Shown one piece after another: positions 46,388-54,128 of a stretch of 54,128 bases of DNA. A program made the position numbers and the translations under genes. The notes beneath the pieces were generated by a model, which was given only the letters and a program-made list of their open reading frames with translations, searched no databases and was not told the DNA's origin. The DNA is from a virus (taxonomy: Duplodnaviria > Caudoviricetes). Position 1 is the first letter of the stretch. Each line of letters begins with the position of its first letter. The stretch covers positions 1 to 54,128 of IMG/VR virus record IMGVR_UViG_3300048575_000457; one strand, written 5' to 3'.

Positions 46388-46720
46388 CTACAGAAAAATC
46401 CGCCAGTTCATGTTCAGGGCTTGCCCCAGTCGCTTGGCCATTTCCTTGCCAATTGGGCGCTTGCCCCGTTCCATCTCGGAAATATGGGACTTGTGCACAC
46501 CGATAGCGGCGGCGAGCTGGGCCTGGGTCATTTCCCGCAATCCCCGTGCGCCACGCAAAGCGCTATCCGGACCCAAGTCAGGAAAAACTTCCTCAATGGT
46601 GAACATAGGTTCCAGGGCTTCAGTCAGAGCCGTTTCCACCCTGGCCAACTCGGTCTCTTCCACCACGAAGGAGACCATCACTGTCCCGTCAGTACGGGGC
46701 GTTTTCGTGAGTTCCAACAT
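46388..46720 (-). CDS. XRE-HTH antitoxin
   Basis: LRGARGLREMTQAQLAAAIGVHKSHISEMERGKRPIG; overlaps upstream toxin. Confidence 0.88.
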   Translation of the reverse strand: MLELTKTPRTDGTVMVSFVVEETELARVETALTEALEPMFTIEEVFPDLGPDSALRGARGLREMTQAQLAAAIGVHKSHISEMERGKRPIGKEMAKRLGQALNMNWRIFL

Positions 46721-46973
46721 AGGTCACCTCCATGAGGCGGATAGTTTTATCCTCAACAATCCAGACGGCTACGTATGTCGGCCGACCTTTGTTGAGGTGG
46801 CAGTGGAAGGTGTTGCCTTGGTTTTTGAGCTTGCCGAAATGGGGCATTGCAGGCTGATTTGGGCCTTCCAGGCGCAACGACAGGGTCAAGATGCGGAAAC
46901 GGTCCCGAATCCCGGGCGGCATTTTATCAGCCGCTTTTTTAACCCGTGCCGGGATATTTACCGTCCATTCCAT
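46689..46973 (-). CDS. RelE/HigB-like toxin
   Basis: MEWTV...HCHL.KGRPTYVAVW...EVTYVGTHENAPY; toxin-first pair with HTH. Confidence 0.78.
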   Translation of the reverse strand: MEWTVNIPARVKKAADKMPPGIRDRFRILTLSLRLEGPNQPAMPHFGKLKNQGNTFHCHLNKGRPTYVAVWIVEDKTIRLMEVTYVGTHENAPY

Positions 46974-46979
46974 GGGATT

Positions 46980-47008
46980 CAAGTAACCAGCGGTTGGTTA
47001 TTTGTCAA
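46980..47008 (-). promoter_or_regulatory. Promoter with palindromic operator, probably leaderless toxin mRNA
   Basis: TTGACA-17-TACTTG-6-ATG; TAACC-N7-GGTTA at 46984-47000. Confidence 0.62.
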
Positions 47009-47312
47009 CGTCATCATCGTGTCTCGCCGGCCTGTCCTCCAGCGTCTGGACTATTCGGACATTCATAAAAGCGAAGTTTACATCGACCAGCTCCCAACGG
47101 GCATCTTGGTAAGCAGGATCGTCCTTGTAGCGCTCCAGGCTGCTGGGGGCCGGCTTTTCGGCCGCGTCATCCAGCATAAGCTCGACCGCCTCCTGGACGT
47201 TCGCAAGGGCCTCTTCCTGGGTGTCGCCGGCGGTGTTGCAGCCGGGGATATCCGGCAGGGTAACACCGTAGGCTTTACCTTGCTCGATGAAGACGGCGGC
47301 GGGGAAATACAT
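46998..47312 (-). CDS. hicB: HicB-family antitoxin (no adjacent hicA)
   Basis: YGVTLPDIPGCNTAGDTQEEALANVQEAVEL. Confidence 0.88.
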   Translation of the reverse strand: MYFPAAVFIEQGKAYGVTLPDIPGCNTAGDTQEEALANVQEAVELMLDDAAEKPAPSSLERYKDDPAYQDARWELVDVNFAFMNVRIVQTLEDRPARHDDDVDK

Positions 47313-47344
47313 AGCGCTCTCCTGCCTCAATCCACTTTCTCTCT

Positions 47345-47905
47345 CTACAGAAAAACCTTGTACGAAGTGTTCAGGGCTTTGGCCAAACGCTCGGCCATGG
47401 CTTCGCCAATGGGGCGCTTACCGGTTTCCATGGCGGAGATGTCGGCCTTGGTTACGTCGACCATTACTGCAAGCTGTTCCTGGGTCAGGTCCTCGCGCCG
47501 TCGCATACCTCGCAAGATATTACCCGGGCCCATGTCAGGAAAGGTGTCGGCGGTGCCGTACATGCGGTCGTCCAACACGAAAATCCGCCAGTTCATACCC
47601 AAGGTCCTGCCCAGTTTCTTGGCCATCTCCTTGCCAATGGGCCGCGTACCCCGTTCCATCCTGGAGAGTTGGGACTTGGAGACCCCGCTTGAAGCGGCAA
47701 GCTGCGCTTGGGTCATTTCGCGCAGACCGCGCATACCCCGCAAGGTGTCGCCCGGCCCAAGATCGGCAAAAACCTCTTCGGCCGGAATGTCCGGCTCCAA
47801 AGCTTCTTCGATGGCGCGCTCTACGTTGTCGACCCGATCTGCTGGAACTGCGGCACTGACCACCATGAATCCGTCAGCGCGGGGCGTAATCGTGATTTCC
47901 AACAT
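47345..47905 (-). CDS. Tandem double XRE-HTH antitoxin-like protein
   Basis: Two PG..LRGMR.RE.TQ.QLA...S.ME.G.RPIG units; close paralogue of 46388-46720. Confidence 0.85.
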   Translation of the reverse strand: MLEITITPRADGFMVVSAAVPADRVDNVERAIEEALEPDIPAEEVFADLGPGDTLRGMRGLREMTQAQLAASSGVSKSQLSRMERGTRPIGKEMAKKLGRTLGMNWRIFVLDDRMYGTADTFPDMGPGNILRGMRRREDLTQEQLAVMVDVTKADISAMETGKRPIGEAMAERLAKALNTSYKVFL

Positions 47906-47926
47906 AGGTGAGTACCCCCATCGCGT

Positions 47927-48271
47927 TTATTCATTCCGCAGCTGTTCCCATTCAACGCCCATGGCTTCCGCGATCTTCTTGAGAGTGGATACACGTGGGC
48001 GCACGCCTTGTGTCTCCATTTGGGCGAAGGCCGAACGTGTGACGCCCATCCGCCTCGCCACCTCCTCCTGGGTCAGCTTCATATGTTCCCGCCATGCCCG
48101 GATAAGGCTCATCTCACCAAGAAGGTTTAACTTTACGACCTCGTGGGGGATCATAACCTCTTCGTCGGGCCGACCGCCGAAGGCCTCTTCGTATTCGCTC
48201 CAGGGGATAATCGCGAAAAGGGGAGTTCCATCGGGGGACTTCAATATTTGGTGTTCAGTATGTCTGTTCAT
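47927..48271 (-). CDS. HigA-like XRE antitoxin
   Basis: DGTPLFAIIPWSEY, IPHEVV, IRAWREHMKLTQEEVARRMGVT. Confidence 0.88.
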   Translation of the reverse strand: MNRHTEHQILKSPDGTPLFAIIPWSEYEEAFGGRPDEEVMIPHEVVKLNLLGEMSLIRAWREHMKLTQEEVARRMGVTRSAFAQMETQGVRPRVSTLKKIAEAMGVEWEQLRNE

Positions 48272-48500
48272 CACGTTTTTTGACCTCCATGACTTTGACA
48301 ATGCGTGGAACGCCATCATGGATCGTAAACAGGACACGATAGCGGCCAACTCGCAGTCGATAGCCGTCCCTGCCTACGAGCGCCTTGACATTGCGGCAGT
48401 CCGGCCAGTTTTCCAGCGTATCGACCGCATCCATGATGGTCTGGATCACGGACTTGTCGAGTTTGGTCGCTTGCTTAAGGGCTTTGCTTGTCCATTCCAC
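48255..48500 (-). CDS. RelE/ParE-family toxin (start codon uncertain)
   Basis: WTSKALKQ, VKAL..RDGYRLRVGRYRVLF, EVKKRDEQTY. Confidence 0.85.
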   Translation of the reverse strand: MEWTSKALKQATKLDKSVIQTIMDAVDTLENWPDCRNVKALVGRDGYRLRVGRYRVLFTIHDGVPRIVKVMEVKKRDEQTY

Positions 48501-48729
48501 GCGATTTATGCGGTATATGTAAGAATAGGACAGTTTTTAGTCAAGCTGATACTTGCATTGGCGCAAAGCGTTCATCCCTTGACGCCCTCGGCCGGCCTCG
48601 GGCATGGTTATAGCCCCAACAGAACGTGGCGTCCTGCCGCCACCGCCGTCCCTTCCCAGGGGGCCGCGAAAGAGCGGGATTTTCTGTTTCGTCGCCCATG
48701 CGCCTCCCCTTTGGGGAAGGGCACATATT

Positions 48730-48800
48730 GGCGGCGGCTTGACGTCCGGGTGTCCGCGAGGCCCCGGCTGCGTTCTGCAGGGGAGCGTCATGCCGTCGCC
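48730..48800 (+). ncRNA. c4-like antisense RNA
   Basis: Outer stem GGCGGCGGC/GCCGTCGCC plus TGACG/CGTCA, GCGA-tetraloop hairpin, CTGC-GTTCT-GCAG hairpin complementary to CAGAACG repeats on both sides; upstream of antirepressor. Confidence 0.72.
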
Positions 48801-48838
48801 TTTTTTCGTGCCCAAATCCCAACAGAACGAGGTGCATC

Positions 48839-49561
48839 ATGACACGACTCATCCCCATCCACTCCGGCCAGCTGGCCGGCGAAGTCGTCCAGACCATCCA
48901 TGCCCGTGACCTGCACGCTTTCTTGAAAGTCGAAACCCGGTTCGACGATTGGATTCGGCGTCGAATCGAGGAGTACGGCTTTGTCGAAAACCAGGATTAT
49001 GTAGCAGGGGATTTTTCCTCAAAATTGAGGAAAAATGGGCGAGGCCGGCCGGCCATCGACTACCACCTGTCCATCAACATGGCCAAAGAGCTGGCCATGG
49101 TCGAAAAGACCGACAAGGGCCGGCAGGCCCGCCGCTATTTCATCGACTGCGAACGCCGGGCCAAGGCCGCCGCGCACCTCGCCTTGGGGCCCCAAACCCC
49201 ATCCCACCCCGCCGAAAGCCCGCTGCTCATCCTGGAAGGCGAACTGGCCCGTATCCGGGCCAATGTCGCGTATTTCAAGGACATGGCCGGTGCGCTCAAC
49301 ATCCTGGCATTCACCCACGACGCCGACGCGTTTTCCAAAAGCATGGCCGGCGCGCTGCGGGATATCGCCCAAAGCTGCAGCGATATGCTCGGGCGGGTGG
49401 CCGAGGACGTGGGGCAGGTGCGCGGCCGGACGTTGGCTGCCGTCAACGCGGTGCTGGCCGTAAGCCAGGGCAGCCAGGCCGACGCGGCTGTCCGGTCGGC
49501 CAAGGCGGCCAAGGCGGCCAGGGCGCGCTGGGACAAGGAACGAAGCAAGAAGACGCATTAG
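48839..49561 (+). CDS. AntA/AntB-family antirepressor
   Basis: ARDLHAFLKV...WIRRRIEEYGFVENQDY...GRP..DYHLSINMAKELAMVE..DKGRQARRYFIDCE. Confidence 0.93.
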   Translation: MTRLIPIHSGQLAGEVVQTIHARDLHAFLKVETRFDDWIRRRIEEYGFVENQDYVAGDFSSKLRKNGRGRPAIDYHLSINMAKELAMVEKTDKGRQARRYFIDCERRAKAAAHLALGPQTPSHPAESPLLILEGELARIRANVAYFKDMAGALNILAFTHDADAFSKSMAGALRDIAQSCSDMLGRVAEDVGQVRGRTLAAVNAVLAVSQGSQADAAVRSAKAAKAARARWDKERSKKTH

Positions 49562-49627
49562 CTGTGGCCCGTCGCCCCGGCCGGCAGGGAAAATGTTCCG
49601 GCCGGGGCGATACGGCAGGGGGAGCGT

Positions 49628-50992
49628 ATGGCCACGCCACGAAACCGCAGAACCGATCCAGGGCCGGCCCAGCTGTCGGCGATGCTGCTGCGCAATGTGC
49701 CGCCCCACCACCACGAGGCCGAGCAATCGGTGCTGGGAAGCGTGCTCCTCAAGCCGGCGATCCTGGACAGGCTGGCCGGCGAACTGCGGCGGCGGGACTT
49801 TTACGACCCGCGCCATCAGTCGGTCTGGGAGGCCATGGCCGCGCTGGGGCAGGCCAACCGGCCGGTGGACCTGGTCACGCTGGCCGATGCCCTGGCCGCT
49901 GCCGGGCAGCTGGATAAGGCCGGCGGGGCCGCGTATCTGGCCGAACTCGCCTCGGCCACCATCAGCGCCGCCAACGCCTTCCATCACGCCGCCATCATAC
50001 GCGGCCATGCGAAGCGACGGGCCATGTCGGATATGGGGCGTCGCATGATCGAAATCGCCTATGACCCTGAGCGCGACCCGGCGGACTTTGTGGCCATCGC
50101 CCAGACGGCCTCAGAAGCCGTGCTCAAGGACCGCCTGGATATCCACGGCGAAACGCCGGACGAGTTTCTGGAGCCGTACACCACCTACCTCGAGCAGCTG
50201 GAACAGTCGGGCGGCGGCGGAGTGCCCACGCCGTTTTGGCAGCTCAACGATTTGATCCGGGCATTCATGCCCGGCGAAATGGTCGTGGTCGGCGCGCGGC
50301 CCAGCCACGGCAAGACCGCCCTGGCCCTGACCCTGGCCGAACATGCCGTGGGGCTCGGGCATCCGGCCGGGATCTTCTCCCTGGAAATGAGCAAGTTCCA
50401 GCTCCTCAACCGCATGTTTTCGTCCGGCGCGGGGGTGGCGGCCCAGCGGTTCCGCGACGGCCGGTTCTCCGACGACGACTGGGCCAGGATCTACGACCTG
50501 TGTGAGCGGATGAAGCGGCTGCCCCTGCGCATTTACGACAAGCCGGCCCGCAAACCGTCCGACATCCGGGCCGCCTGCCGGCGCTGGCGGCAGGACGGCG
50601 GCCTGGGCATCGTCTTTATCGACTATGCCCAACTCATCCCGCCCGACGGCCACCATCAGAACCGGGAGCAGGAGATCGCCTCCATTTCGCGCTCCATCAA
50701 ACTCATGGCCGAGGATCTGGCCGTGCCGGTGGTGCTTTTGGCCCAGGTGAACCGCGAGGTCGCCAAGCGCAAGTCGCCCAGGCTGGTGGAATCGGATCTG
50801 CGCGAGTCCGGCGCGATTGAGCAGGATGCGGACATCATCCTCCTGATCCAGCCTTGGGACCGTTCGGGCCGCGAGGACATCCAGTTCACCAAGCTCACCG
50901 TGGCCAAAAGCCGCAATTCCATGACCGGCGACGTGCCGGTGGCCTACAATCGAAAAAACGTGCGATTTGAGCCGGATGAACGGCCATTGTGA
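49628..50992 (+). CDS. dnaB: DnaB-like replicative helicase (phage-encoded)
   Basis: EAEQSVLG, GARPSHGKT, FSLEM, IDYAQL, AQVNR, SDLRESGAIEQDAD, AKSRN. Confidence 0.93.
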   Translation: MATPRNRRTDPGPAQLSAMLLRNVPPHHHEAEQSVLGSVLLKPAILDRLAGELRRRDFYDPRHQSVWEAMAALGQANRPVDLVTLADALAAAGQLDKAGGAAYLAELASATISAANAFHHAAIIRGHAKRRAMSDMGRRMIEIAYDPERDPADFVAIAQTASEAVLKDRLDIHGETPDEFLEPYTTYLEQLEQSGGGGVPTPFWQLNDLIRAFMPGEMVVVGARPSHGKTALALTLAEHAVGLGHPAGIFSLEMSKFQLLNRMFSSGAGVAAQRFRDGRFSDDDWARIYDLCERMKRLPLRIYDKPARKPSDIRAACRRWRQDGGLGIVFIDYAQLIPPDGHHQNREQEIASISRSIKLMAEDLAVPVVLLAQVNREVAKRKSPRLVESDLRESGAIEQDADIILLIQPWDRSGREDIQFTKLTVAKSRNSMTGDVPVAYNRKNVRFEPDERPL

Positions 50993-50998
50993 GAGGGC

Positions 50999-51024
50999 TC
51001 ATGCAGCTGCATGCAGCTGCATGA
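50999..51024. repeat. Perfect 26-bp palindrome made of ATGCAGCTGC repeats
   Basis: TCATGCAGCTGCATGCAGCTGCATGA. Confidence 0.8.
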
Positions 51025-51072
51025 ATGTGGATATGCAGGCGTCGGATAACTTTGTGCAGAGGCGGTGGCAGA

Positions 51073-51954
51073 ATGGGATACGACTTCCGGGTGGAGTCCA
51101 CATGGCGGACACATCCAAAATTTATCCTGCTGCGGCAGCTATATGGCAGCGAAGGCATTGACGCCATTTTTACGCTTTGGGCGTTTGTGGCTGAAGAACG
51201 CAACAAAGGCGTGCTTGAAAACATGTCGGACAGACACATTGCTGCCGCTTGTTGTATCGACCCAAAAAACATCGATCCATCTGAATTTGTAGCAAATCTG
51301 GTTGAAATTGGTTTTTTGGACCGACGGGAAGACAGGGTTGTCGTCGTGCATAACTGGGACAAACGGCAACCCAACATCTGGGCGCGCGGTGAGAAGAACC
51401 CTGCGAAGGTCGCAGCGGCAAACGCCCGATGGCAGAAAAATGACGACTCTTCTTCCGTAAAAACAAAGAAAAAACACGGTGTTGAGAATGCCGATGCACC
51501 TGCAATGCAGTGCATGGGTTCTGCAATGCCCCATCCCATCCCATCTTATCTTAAATCTCTCTCTCTAGCCCCTGACGGGGAGAGAGCGAGAGAGCTGGTC
51601 TTCGGCCTCATGTCCGAGTCCAGCCCCAGAGCCAGGCCGAAAGCCCCGGACAAGTGGCCGGCGATGCTCCTGGGGCTCCTCGAGGCCGGACACAGCCTCG
51701 AGGAGATCGAGCGGGCCACGCGCTTCGCCCTGCAGGACGCCTTCTGGCGCTCGAGGATCCTCTCGGCCAAGGCCTACCGGGAGAACTTTGCCCAGATTCT
51801 TGACCAAGCCGTGAAGGCTGAAGAGCCAGATCCGGGATGCAACGAAGAGGGGAGAGGCCAGGGGATGAGCGCTGAGGCCTGGGAAGAGTTGAAGAAGAAA
51901 AACAGAGTCCAGCATGGAGTTTCCAATGCAGTGGTAAAGTCAATGCCTCCTTGA
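51073..51954 (+). CDS. Phage replication initiator / replisome organiser
   Basis: HPKF...LW...FVANLVEIGFL...VHNWDKRQP N-domain; FALQDAFWRSRILS...RENFAQI C-domain; TGCA-rich linker. Confidence 0.75.
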   Translation: MGYDFRVESTWRTHPKFILLRQLYGSEGIDAIFTLWAFVAEERNKGVLENMSDRHIAAACCIDPKNIDPSEFVANLVEIGFLDRREDRVVVVHNWDKRQPNIWARGEKNPAKVAAANARWQKNDDSSSVKTKKKHGVENADAPAMQCMGSAMPHPIPSYLKSLSLAPDGERARELVFGLMSESSPRARPKAPDKWPAMLLGLLEAGHSLEEIERATRFALQDAFWRSRILSAKAYRENFAQILDQAVKAEEPDPGCNEEGRGQGMSAEAWEELKKKNRVQHGVSNAVVKSMPP

Positions 51955-52049
51955 CTACAAAAAGGGGTGAATGCTGGTTGATATTTACGGATTTAGTGCA
52001 GTTTATCGGTGCAGTAGAGTTGAAAAACGAGGAAAGCAGAGTTCACCAC

Positions 52050-52592
52050 ATGGCGAAGTTCACCGATGCGGACTACTTCGAAGGCAAGAAAGCAGGCCTG
52101 TCCCAAAAGCAGATGGCCATAGAGCATGGCGTTTGCGAGGCCTATGTCTCGAAAGTCAAGAAACGCTGCGAGGGAAGCGTTGCGGCCGCGACGCCGCCGG
52201 TGATCCAGGCCGAGGTGCTGACAAGGCAGCATGACGCGCTGACCAAGCTCTCGCTGTTGGCCGACAAGGCGGCCGCCCTCGCGGAGCTGTGCGAGAAGGC
52301 CCTTGCCGGCGATTGGCAGGCCAAAGGGCGGCTGGAGCAGCTTGTGGGGCGCAAGGGCAACGGTTTGCAGGCCTACGTCGCCATCCTGGCCGAGATGCGT
52401 AAGCAGCTGGAGCTGGACAACACGATCAAGCGCACCAAGTTCGATATCGAGCGGTGCATGCGTTTCCAGGACGAGACGCTCAAGGCAATCCAGGAAGAGT
52501 CGCCGGAGATGGCGGCGCGGATTGTCCGGCGGCTGGTGGCGGCTGACGCGACCCTCTCTGCCCTCGATTTTGGCCTGAAGCCGGCGGAGTAG
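52050..52592 (+). CDS. HTH protein, probable terminase small subunit
   Basis: GLSQKQMAIEHGVCEAYVSKVKK plus helical C-terminus; upstream of TerL. Confidence 0.6.
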   Translation: MAKFTDADYFEGKKAGLSQKQMAIEHGVCEAYVSKVKKRCEGSVAAATPPVIQAEVLTRQHDALTKLSLLADKAAALAELCEKALAGDWQAKGRLEQLVGRKGNGLQAYVAILAEMRKQLELDNTIKRTKFDIERCMRFQDETLKAIQEESPEMAARIVRRLVAADATLSALDFGLKPAE

Positions 52593-52593
52593 A

Positions 52594-52623
52594 TTCGTCG
52601 TCTTTCATACAAAAGACGACGAA
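52594..52623. other. Candidate tyrosine-recombinase core site (12-6-12)
   Basis: TTCGTCGTCTTT-CATACA-AAAGACGACGAA; extra half-site AAAAGACGACGAAAA at 52728-52742. Confidence 0.68.
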
Positions 52624-52754
52624 AAGGGGAATGGCGATGGCTAATGAATACAGTGTGTTGCCTGAGAACCCCCGGTTCTCCCCTCGTGGAGCCCTTATCC
52701 GTAATCGTGTAATGCAAAAATAGCATGAAAAGACGACGAAAACGGAGGCAGGAA

Positions 52755-53348
52755 ATGACGCGCAACAACCACGCCGCCAAGGGGTCTCGGATCGCTGTCG
52801 GGCCGATCAAGGGCAAAAAGGATCTGGCGACGATCGCCCGGCTGCTGTTCGACAAGCCCCGCGACTATGCGCTTTTCGTCGTCGGCATCCACACAGCCCT
52901 GCGGGCTTCGGATCTCCTGGCCCTGACCGTCGGCGAGGTCAAAGCCATCCTGGCCGATCCGGACGACGGCGATGTGGTGCGGGAGATCAAGACCGGCAAC
53001 CTGCGGCGGATCAGCGCCAACAAAGCCGTCAGGGAGGCCGTGGAGCGCCTTTTGGCTTCCAGGCCATGCCAGGATGCGGATTTGCTCTTTCAGGGCAAAC
53101 GGGGGCGTCTGACGACGTCCTGGCTGCGCCGCATGGTTATCGGCTGGTGCGAAGCCGTCCACCTGCCGGGCCATTTCGGTTCGCACACCCTGCGAAAGAC
53201 CTGGGGCTATCACATGCGCGTGACCCATGGCGTGGACATCCCGACGCTGATGACGATCTTCAACCACGCCACGCAGCGCCAAACCCTCGACTACCTGTGC
53301 ATCCAGCCGGAAGAGATCCGGTCGGTTTACGCCTACGAGCTGGTGTGA
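52755..53348 (+). CDS. Small tyrosine recombinase (catalytic domain only)
   Basis: RDYALF..GIHTALRASDL, EIKTG, SHTLRKTWGY, FNH...TLDY; 197 aa. Confidence 0.92.
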   Translation: MTRNNHAAKGSRIAVGPIKGKKDLATIARLLFDKPRDYALFVVGIHTALRASDLLALTVGEVKAILADPDDGDVVREIKTGNLRRISANKAVREAVERLLASRPCQDADLLFQGKRGRLTTSWLRRMVIGWCEAVHLPGHFGSHTLRKTWGYHMRVTHGVDIPTLMTIFNHATQRQTLDYLCIQPEEIRSVYAYELV

Positions 53349-53357
53349 GGAGGGACC

Positions 53358-54128
53358 ATGGCAGGAGGACGGCGGTCTTCGGGAATCCTGGGCGGTCGGG
53401 ACAGCCGGTCGATCATGACCGACTTCCTGACCAAGGTGCAGACAGTGGTCCAGACGACGGAGCAGCCCCCCGCCGGGGGGGTGGGGGGGTGGGCCTGCCA
53501 GGAAGGGGTGGTCCTCGATAGGGGGCCCTTCTCCTTCTCCCGTCACGAATGCCTGCAGGAACCCTATTCCGACGATCATCCCCGCCAGGTCGAACTGAAA
53601 TGCGCCCAGATGGGCAACACCACCCGGGCCATTCTGCGGGCTTTCTGGTGCGCGCTGTTCATGCCCTTTGTCGGCATCCTGTACCTGTTCCCGTCGTCCA
53701 AGGGCTCGGGCGACTTCTCGCGGACCCGCGTCGGGCCGCTGGTGGATCGCAACCCGGAGACCCTGGGCAAGTGGGTGGTGGACACGGATTCCATCGGCCT
53801 CAAGCGCGTGCGCGGCATGAACCTCCTGTTTCGCGGCACGAAATCCACGGAAGGCCTCCGCTCTGACCCGGTGGACTTCGTGATCTACGACGAGTTTGAC
53901 CTGTTCCCGGCCGGAATCGACGCCGTGGCCCGGGAGCGCATGGCCCACTCGGACCACAAGTGGGAGCATTTCCTGTCCAACCCGACCCTGCCGGATTTCG
54001 GCATCGATCGCCTGTACCAACTCACGGACCAGCGGCGCTGGCTGCTCAAGTGTCCGGCCTGCGGCGGCTGGACCGATCCGGTGGAGGAATGGGAGGCTGC
54101 GGCCTCCCCCCGGGAACGGGGCGTGCCG
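53358..54128 (+). CDS. GpA-like terminase large subunit (truncated by window end)
   Basis: Open frame from ATG 53358: KCAQMGNTT, YLFPS, LRSDPVDFVIYDEFD, RERMAHS, SNPTLPDFGID, DQRRWLLKCPACG. Confidence 0.85.
   Translation, partial: MAGGRRSSGILGGRDSRSIMTDFLTKVQTVVQTTEQPPAGGVGGWACQEGVVLDRGPFSFSRHECLQEPYSDDHPRQVELKCAQMGNTTRAILRAFWCALFMPFVGILYLFPSSKGSGDFSRTRVGPLVDRNPETLGKWVVDTDSIGLKRVRGMNLLFRGTKSTEGLRSDPVDFVIYDEFDLFPAGIDAVARERMAHSDHKWEHFLSNPTLPDFGIDRLYQLTDQRRWLLKCPACGGWTDPVEEWEAAASPRERGVP

Larger units (their letters stand above)
45916..54128. mobile_element. Second phage-related element (continues beyond window)
   Basis: TA cluster, antirepressor, DnaB, initiator, TerS, recombinase and TerL follow the att site instead of host genes. 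Confidence 0.8.

Noticed and set aside
46116-48842. 908-codon plus-strand ORF ending in an ATGA overlap with ant
   Set aside because: Antisense shadow of six recognisable TA genes plus the c4 region; no motifs or RBS. Its length is notable, but antisense frames are stop-poor in GC-rich DNA
53590-53630. Inactive Walker A in second TerL (KCAQMGNTT)
   Set aside because: GpA-type terminases have a deviant Walker A with the lysine at the start of the motif, so this is not evidence of decay

Overview
GC-rich window made almost entirely of phage DNA, apparently two elements in tandem at a tRNA-Leu(TAG) attachment site. The gene content suggests a Desulfovibrio-like host; this is an inference. Element 1 (1 to about 45,971; left end outside the window) is an apparently intact temperate siphovirus-type prophage. 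Its order is: SF3 helicase and separate primase, secreted nuclease, DNA methylase, GpA terminase, lambda-type portal, protease-capsid fusion, a lysis cassette between head and tail, tail genes with a -1 frameshift chaperone, tail fibre, moron block, double-HTH repressor, cro/cII early operon (beta-clamp homologue, Gp37Gp68, ASCH, Xis), a convergent tyrosine integrase, and a 3'-half tRNA-Leu att site. Element 2 (about 45,916 to beyond the window end) opens with a cluster of partly orphaned toxin-antitoxin genes. It then carries a c4-like antisense RNA with two matching targets before an AntA/AntB antirepressor, DnaB, a replication initiator, TerS, a perfect 12-6-12 recombination-like site with a small tyrosine recombinase, and a second GpA-like TerL. 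The best leads are this P1-like toolkit in element 2 and an anti-CRISPR/anti-defence-like moron in element 1. All family calls come from motif recognition by eye; no searches were run.
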